DNA from: a virus
Taxonomy: Duplodnaviria > Caudoviricetes
Direction: 5' to 3' (one strand)
Virus record (IMG/VR): IMGVR_UViG_3300037067_011302
Coordinates: 96,001 to 160,000 of that record
DNA length: 64,000 nt
Each line of letters opens with the position of its first letter. The first letter of the stretch is position 1. The notes under the pieces are model-generated. The model saw only the letters and a list, made by a program, of their open reading frames with translations. It did no database searches and was not told the origin of the DNA. The translations under genes and the position numbers were made by a program. This document shows positions 58,508 to 64,000 of this stretch, in pieces.

Positions 58508-60346
58508 ATGGCGACAGAACAATTTTCAAACGCGGCAACGACGACGCTGGCTTCAGGTATTTCTTCTGTCGCGACGACGCTCACCGTGTCGTCTGCAACG
58601 AAGTTTCCAACCGTCGGACAGTTCAGGTTGTTGATTGACGATGAGATCATGCTCGTCACGGGCGTGTCCGGCACGACGTTCACCGTCGTCCGTGCATCCG
58701 AGGGAACGACGAACGTCATACACTCCGCTGGTACTGTGGTGATCCATCCACTCACTGCAGGTGCGATGCTTGCATTTCAAGCAGACACACTGTCGAGCGT
58801 GTTCAGCGCGTCGTTGTCAGGATCGAGCGTCGTGTGCGCTGCGGCTGGCGTGACGATCAACGGTCCGAGCACATTCATCACCGGAAGCACATTGTTGGGG
58901 CTCACCGGTTCAACGGTGACGCTTACGGGCAAATCGTCAATCAACGGAACGAACGTTTGCCTGACTGGAAGCAATCTCATTGGATTGTCAGGATCAACAT
59001 TGTCTGCAACTGGATCATTAATGTCTGTCGACTACTCGAGGACATTCATAACTGGTAGTGCTTATCTTGGTCTAAAGTGCAATGCAACATCGTATACCGA
59101 GATAACACCAATGACAACTTGGATTCAATCGCCAGTGGCGAGCATTCAAGGAAGTACAGCATTTAATGCCTATGCTACAACAAATACAATTCTTGGATAT
59201 ACGAATACATTCATCACCGGAAGCATATTTTTGGGTCTCACTGGTTCATCGGTGTTGATCGCAGGTAAGACGTCAATCGATGGCACAAACGTCTGCCTGA
59301 CAGGTAGTAACCTCGTCGGACTGTCCGGTTCGTCAATTCGTGTCAATAGTGACAACACAATCATCAATGGTTCGACAACGATCGATGGCACAAGAACGTT
59401 CGTCACCGGTTCAACGTTGTTGGGTCTAAAGGGAACGACGATTGCGTTGGCTGGCAACACGACAATCGATGGAACGAATTCATATCTGACAGGTAGCAAC
59501 CTCATCGGGTTGTCGGGTTCATCGATTACATTGTCCAGTGATAACATCACGTTGAGCGGAACGCTGACGACAATCGGTGTAGACGGTGTTGCATCTACAC
59601 TACAATTGGGTCCGACAGGTGCTGGTGCCGTCGTGACACGAAAATTGACCACTGGCACTGGTGACAACATACACATTCAGGCAACAACAGGTGGATCATT
59701 TCAAATTAATGCAAATGGAAATGCGTTTGGATGGCCTGATGGCGTGTATGGCAACGGCACCGTCACGTATATCGGCGCAAATAATGTATGGGGAATTCAG
59801 CTTTCAAATGTTCTTTTTCAAACGTATTTGCCTCTTCGAATTAAATCATCGACAGATTCTCTTCCGTTGACAGGCGATAGCATTCTATTCGGTTCAGATG
59901 ATGCTTCAAATGGTTTAACAGGCGTGACTGTAAAGATTCGTGCCGCCAATCTGACGTTGTCAAGTTCAGTTCCAAATAGCATTGCGATTGAAACTGGTAA
60001 GGGCCCAACGATCGGTGGCACGGGTTCTCTGAATGCCGGTGGAGGAGCACAACGAGTCAATTGGAGCGATGTTGGCGTTCAACTCACCGGAAGCCTCGTA
60101 CAGATCACCGGTTCCAACATTGGTCTATACGGCGACACGATCTTGATGCGTGGGCCCGATTCAAACAATGCGGCGTTCCATGCACAACCTCAGAGTTGGA
60201 ACTCAGGAAAGGGAACATTGTTCCTTGGAGATTGTACGGTCGTTCCGGTGGCGGCACCGGTCTCAGGCGTCTACCTATACGTTGAGAGCGGGAGCCTGAA
60301 GGCGATGTCTCCGTCCGGATACGTTGCAACGCTGTGTCCTGCATGA
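58508..60346 (+). CDS. Putative tail fibre/spike protein with G/S/T-rich internal repeats
   Basis: N-terminal 'TTLASGIS...FP..G...IDDEIM.VT...VRA.EGT...H..G' anchor module; repeated 'TGSxLxGLxGS'. Confidence 0.7.
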   Translation: MATEQFSNAATTTLASGISSVATTLTVSSATKFPTVGQFRLLIDDEIMLVTGVSGTTFTVVRASEGTTNVIHSAGTVVIHPLTAGAMLAFQADTLSSVFSASLSGSSVVCAAAGVTINGPSTFITGSTLLGLTGSTVTLTGKSSINGTNVCLTGSNLIGLSGSTLSATGSLMSVDYSRTFITGSAYLGLKCNATSYTEITPMTTWIQSPVASIQGSTAFNAYATTNTILGYTNTFITGSIFLGLTGSSVLIAGKTSIDGTNVCLTGSNLVGLSGSSIRVNSDNTIINGSTTIDGTRTFVTGSTLLGLKGTTIALAGNTTIDGTNSYLTGSNLIGLSGSSITLSSDNITLSGTLTTIGVDGVASTLQLGPTGAGAVVTRKLTTGTGDNIHIQATTGGSFQINANGNAFGWPDGVYGNGTVTYIGANNVWGIQLSNVLFQTYLPLRIKSSTDSLPLTGDSILFGSDDASNGLTGVTVKIRAANLTLSSSVPNSIAIETGKGPTIGGTGSLNAGGGAQRVNWSDVGVQLTGSLVQITGSNIGLYGDTILMRGPDSNNAAFHAQPQSWNSGKGTLFLGDCTVVPVAAPVSGVYLYVESGSLKAMSPSGYVATLCPA

Positions 60347-60355
60347 GGAATAACA

Positions 60356-60751
60356 ATGGCAATCGTCTACAATGATTGGTCAGGTGGAATCGCATCACAG
60401 GGATGCGTGACGGTCATCGGTGCGACCAGAACACGGTTGGGTTACGTGCTCGACGCTGACTTACCAGCATCGGCGGGAGCAAATAAAGCACTGATCAAGG
60501 TTTCATTATCAGCCCGCGCGACTTCCGGTGACTACATGTGTGGGCACGACATTTATGAATTCAACGGTGGCGAAGGTTCGCATGACTGGCTAATCCTGGA
60601 TCGTAGTTGGTTGTCGAGCGGCGCTGACAACTGGACAGTTGAATTTGCTGACGGCACTGACCTGGAGTTATTCTTCACCGGCGAGGCTGCACACACGATT
60701 GACGTAGGTTACACGATTGAGATTTTGAATAAGTCGAGGTACTCGCTGTGA
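60356..60751 (+). CDS. Hypothetical protein (tail region)
   Basis: 131 aa, GAGGA RBS. Confidence 0.6.
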   Translation: MAIVYNDWSGGIASQGCVTVIGATRTRLGYVLDADLPASAGANKALIKVSLSARATSGDYMCGHDIYEFNGGEGSHDWLILDRSWLSSGADNWTVEFADGTDLELFFTGEAAHTIDVGYTIEILNKSRYSL

Positions 60752-61800
60752 ACACACTTGATGAATTTAACATCACGTCAATCGGCTACAGGGACCTCGC
60801 CGGCGCCGGAACGAATGAGATCAACACGATCTGTTCTGCAACGTTGCCGGACGGCACAATCTCACTCGTTACGTCGTACTTTAATGCATGTGAAGATGCC
60901 AGTCCATCGAATGAAAGGTACGGATTCATTCAATCTCTTGTACAGAGGTCAGGTTCAAATGTGTCGATCATTGGAACAGTGACGTCGTCGATTGCGGGTT
61001 CAATGGACTGGCAGTTCATCATGTCATCCAGTTCGTCAACATTGTTGACAAGCCTCTCATCGTCTGACGCAAAGATTAAAAACGTGAACGTCACGATGCA
61101 CGTTGAGCCAGCGTTTACAATGTTCGATCCAATGATCCTATCGCCCCTCGCGTACTATAAAGCCGTTCCAAAGAACCTTGCATTCGATGCGACTGGAAAG
61201 GTGACGACGCTATTGAATTCTGTGTCAACGTCGTACATGTTAACACAATCAAATGCAACGTTAAGACCATCGTACTCTCCACGAGCAACGTGGCACACTT
61301 CCAACGCACAATCACATTATCTTCAATCAGGACCGATCCCGTTGGCATCAGGTGATCCTGTGTACACGATTGCATTTGTCGCGGAATTTACAAGCCTTCC
61401 AGCCGCTGGTGAATTTCCTCACATCATTCAAATAGGTGCATCAACGTTGTCAGGCGTTCGTATCTACCTTGCACCTGGAAATACGTGGGTCATCTATCAT
61501 GATGGTGTGGAGTACGCAGCATTTTCAGCCACTCCACCCACCGGATCGTGCTTCAGTGGTGTTGCATATTATGACGGAACGAACATTGCAATGACAATGA
61601 ATAATGTTGTGATTAGAACGCCAACGCCTCTTGGTAATCTCACAGAACCAACAGTATGTACAACATTTGGATCTGACAATACAGGTGCGTACATATTCTA
61701 TGGAAAGATCTACGAGGCCGCGGTCTACGATCGGTGTCTCACTGCCGACGAAAGAAGACGATTGTCTGCTTATTACACCTCGATGTATGGCGTTGCGTGA
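60748..61800 (+). CDS. LamG/ConA-like domain protein (putative tail appendage)
   Basis: C-terminal 'FYGKIYEAAVYDRCLT..E...L..Y'. Confidence 0.7.
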   Translation: MNTLDEFNITSIGYRDLAGAGTNEINTICSATLPDGTISLVTSYFNACEDASPSNERYGFIQSLVQRSGSNVSIIGTVTSSIAGSMDWQFIMSSSSSTLLTSLSSSDAKIKNVNVTMHVEPAFTMFDPMILSPLAYYKAVPKNLAFDATGKVTTLLNSVSTSYMLTQSNATLRPSYSPRATWHTSNAQSHYLQSGPIPLASGDPVYTIAFVAEFTSLPAAGEFPHIIQIGASTLSGVRIYLAPGNTWVIYHDGVEYAAFSATPPTGSCFSGVAYYDGTNIAMTMNNVVIRTPTPLGNLTEPTVCTTFGSDNTGAYIFYGKIYEAAVYDRCLTADERRRLSAYYTSMYGVA

Positions 61801-61807
61801 GGACTAA

Positions 61808-62902
61808 ATGACATCTTACTACGACACAATCAGTGGAAAAGTTGCGTCTGGAATCGCCTACGTTTCTGGCTCCGGAATTGCAACCATCTGTCGCTATACG
61901 CCGACCGACGGACACATCGTCAACGTGCGCGCACCCTACATAGCCGTTGCCGTGTCAGGAGACTGCAGAGGTGGAATTGTGTCAGGTGCAATCTATCGCT
62001 CCGGATCTGTGACGTCGATATTGTCCACGGGTCACGATTCACTCTCAAGTGGTTCAACGGCTTCCTCATGGTCATGCAACCTCGACTCGCTCGGCACTGA
62101 CGTGTTGCTGTCATTCACTGGTTCAGTGGATGCTGTAAAGGTCGCCGGTTCGATGACAGCGTCTCCGAGCACACTTGCGTGGAATCCTCTATTGTTGTCT
62201 CCTATGGCATACTACGTTGCCACGTCGTCAGTCATGACGTTGAGTGGGAACGACGTTGTCCAGTGGAACGATGCATCGGGCAACGGATATCACCTCGGAC
62301 AGGCGACCGAATCAAAGAGGCCTCACCTCGTCGATGCACCGACGATCACCAACAACACGATCGGCAGAAAGTCGCCGGCCGTGCAGTTCACCAAAGCAGC
62401 AACACAGTTTCTCACCGGCACGGTGTTACCTTACCTGACGTCTTCATACACAATGTCGTCGGTCGTTCGAATGAACACTGGAAGCTGGCCGAATGCATCA
62501 CAGACGAATTGTCTTTGGATCAACGGTGAGGTTGCAGGCTCAGGACAATCAGTTGACATACGCATCTTGTCAACCGTCCTCGGCGTTCTTCTCTACCACG
62601 CGCCGCCAATCAACGCAATGTGTTTCAATGGCGTTGCGGAGAGCTATGAGCCCAAGTCGGTGTCAGTGAGGTACGGTTCTGATGTCGGTGAGGTGAGGTA
62701 CGGAAGTGACGTTGCGACTGCTGCGATGGTAACGTCGTCGATTGCCGTCGGATTTAACACGATCGGTGCACGAGCAAATACTTCTTCAGATGCGTTCGAC
62801 GGCTACGTGCACGAGATGTCAATCTACAATCGACGATTGGATGACGCTGAAATTGCGATGCTGTCGCAGTATTACCTGTCACGATATGGCACGCCGGCGT
62901 AG
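61808..62902 (+). CDS. LamG/ConA-like domain protein (putative tail appendage)
   Basis: 'V.QWNDASGNGYHL.Q' and 'FDGYVHEMSIYNRRL'. Confidence 0.75.
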   Translation: MTSYYDTISGKVASGIAYVSGSGIATICRYTPTDGHIVNVRAPYIAVAVSGDCRGGIVSGAIYRSGSVTSILSTGHDSLSSGSTASSWSCNLDSLGTDVLLSFTGSVDAVKVAGSMTASPSTLAWNPLLLSPMAYYVATSSVMTLSGNDVVQWNDASGNGYHLGQATESKRPHLVDAPTITNNTIGRKSPAVQFTKAATQFLTGTVLPYLTSSYTMSSVVRMNTGSWPNASQTNCLWINGEVAGSGQSVDIRILSTVLGVLLYHAPPINAMCFNGVAESYEPKSVSVRYGSDVGEVRYGSDVATAAMVTSSIAVGFNTIGARANTSSDAFDGYVHEMSIYNRRLDDAEIAMLSQYYLSRYGTPA

Positions 62903-62905
62903 GCG

Positions 62906-63583
62906 TCAAACGTCATCGATGTCTGTCGTGTATTCGAAATCGACGTCACTCTCATCGGGATTGTAGACACCCGCTCCAGGAAGCCAGTAATCCCTCAAGA
63001 ATTTTCTTATGTTTTCCTTGGGACCCTCGACAGAAAAAATTGGATTACCATGTAGATCGGCCTTGCCGTCGACAAACTCGCAGTCAAGTTTGAGCGGCGC
63101 GCAAACCGTTTTAGCCCATGACAAATTGTCAGAGCATGATGCCTTGTAAATTTTTTCAACGCTCGCATCGACAACGTCATCTTTCATGCCAACGTCATCA
63201 TATTGTTTCTGCGAAAATGAACTGCACTTTCTTTCAGGACACTCGACATCGTTCATCCCAATATACGCATTTTTGTTGCCACACTTTGGACAGACGGCTT
63301 CATCAACGCCGAAGTTGGTACGCCGCCAACCCATCATTCCTCGAGCAGCCTTTCCTTTACGTGACAGGCTTCCCAACACCTCACGCGCGATCGTTTGAGT
63401 CGTTGGTGTGCCACTGTCGAGCATGAAGTCGGCAACATCGTGCACTGTCTTTGCACCGGCTGACAGTGCCTGCAGAGCTAGGTCTTCACGTTCCTTGTCT
63501 TCCCAAGAATCTCCACGTGATTCACGCACGACTTGTTTGATCAATCCACGTAGTTGGCCAGGTGACAATTTCATAGTTTTCAT
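62906..63583 (-). CDS. Zinc-ribbon protein with an 'LRGLIKQVVRE' leader
   Basis: Counter-oriented; shares the CPxC..AYIGMN.VECP..C module with 48376..48918; ATAGTTA at 63599-63605. Confidence 0.7.
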   Translation of the reverse strand: MKTMKLSPGQLRGLIKQVVRESRGDSWEDKEREDLALQALSAGAKTVHDVADFMLDSGTPTTQTIAREVLGSLSRKGKAARGMMGWRRTNFGVDEAVCPKCGNKNAYIGMNDVECPERKCSSFSQKQYDDVGMKDDVVDASVEKIYKASCSDNLSWAKTVCAPLKLDCEFVDGKADLHGNPIFSVEGPKENIRKFLRDYWLPGAGVYNPDESDVDFEYTTDIDDV

Positions 63584-63714
63584 GGTGATTCCGATGATTA
63601 ACTATGTTTGTGCACGTGTATTGTCGCAGACGTTGTGTGATTTGTAATTGTGTTGCACGTGGCCGAACATGTTCATCGCTTTCTACTTAGAGGTGTCAAC
63701 TACAGGAATTCACG

Positions 63715-64000
63715 ATGACGACTGGTCTTCTCGGCACTCGCTACAGTTGGTTCAGTAACATTCTTCTCGGTGCACCCGAGGATGAAGGCGTTCCTGTTGA
63801 ACACCTGCTGACGTCCAGCATTGACACGTCGGAAATTGATGCGTACCGTCAGGGCGTTGAACTACGACTGCCAAAACACTACGAGCAAGGCGTCGTCAAG
63901 ATTCATTCTGGAGAGACAGACCACGTCCTCAAACAACAATGGTTCGGAATGGGCGACAAATGGTGGAAGGATGCGTTCTTCACCGACAAGCAAGAATTTC
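63715..64000 (+). CDS. Hypothetical protein (partial, runs off the right edge)
   Basis: Manual translation MTTGLLGTRYSWFSNILLG...SIDTSEIDAYRQGVELRL... is open to the end; AGGA RBS and CTACTTA (63683-63689) upstream. Confidence 0.6.
   Translation, partial: MTTGLLGTRYSWFSNILLGAPEDEGVPVEHLLTSSIDTSEIDAYRQGVELRLPKHYEQGVVKIHSGETDHVLKQQWFGMGDKWWKDAFFTDKQEF

Overview
This window reads as a 64 kb piece of a large (jumbo/huge) contractile-tailed phage genome, not a bacterial chromosome. It is gene-dense with many TGA/ATG-coupled genes, and I saw no rRNA, tRNA or CRISPR array. Genes in 1-26 kb lie mostly on the minus strand: putative structural proteins, a DNA methyltransferase, PIN-PhoH, a DinG-like helicase, ClpP and a degenerate chaperonin. 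Genes in 26.5-64 kb lie mostly on the plus strand: a ~17 kb glycan-synthesis cluster (about 10 glycosyltransferases, UDP-glucose dehydrogenase, glf), a late sigma factor, and a baseplate/tail module (gp5-, gp25- and gp6-like genes, LamG and fibre proteins). An AT-rich array of tandem repeats and palindromes sits at the strand switch and is a candidate replication origin. Four observations stand out. (1) A set of unrelated 'cargo' genes share a short N-terminal leader (MK..L(R/K)xLIxx(V/I)xxE) and an upstream ATANTTA motif, suggesting capsid-targeted, injected proteins. (2) One of these cargoes is a captured myxobacterial gliding-motility GltG/AgmX-like protein, which points to a Polyangiales (Myxococcota) host. 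(3) Three catalytically intact, transposase-less TnpB genes each end right at the next gene's start, like RNA-guided homing endonucleases. (4) A HEAT-repeat pseudogene has two amber codons exactly one repeat unit apart. All family assignments come from motif recognition by eye; no database searches were run.
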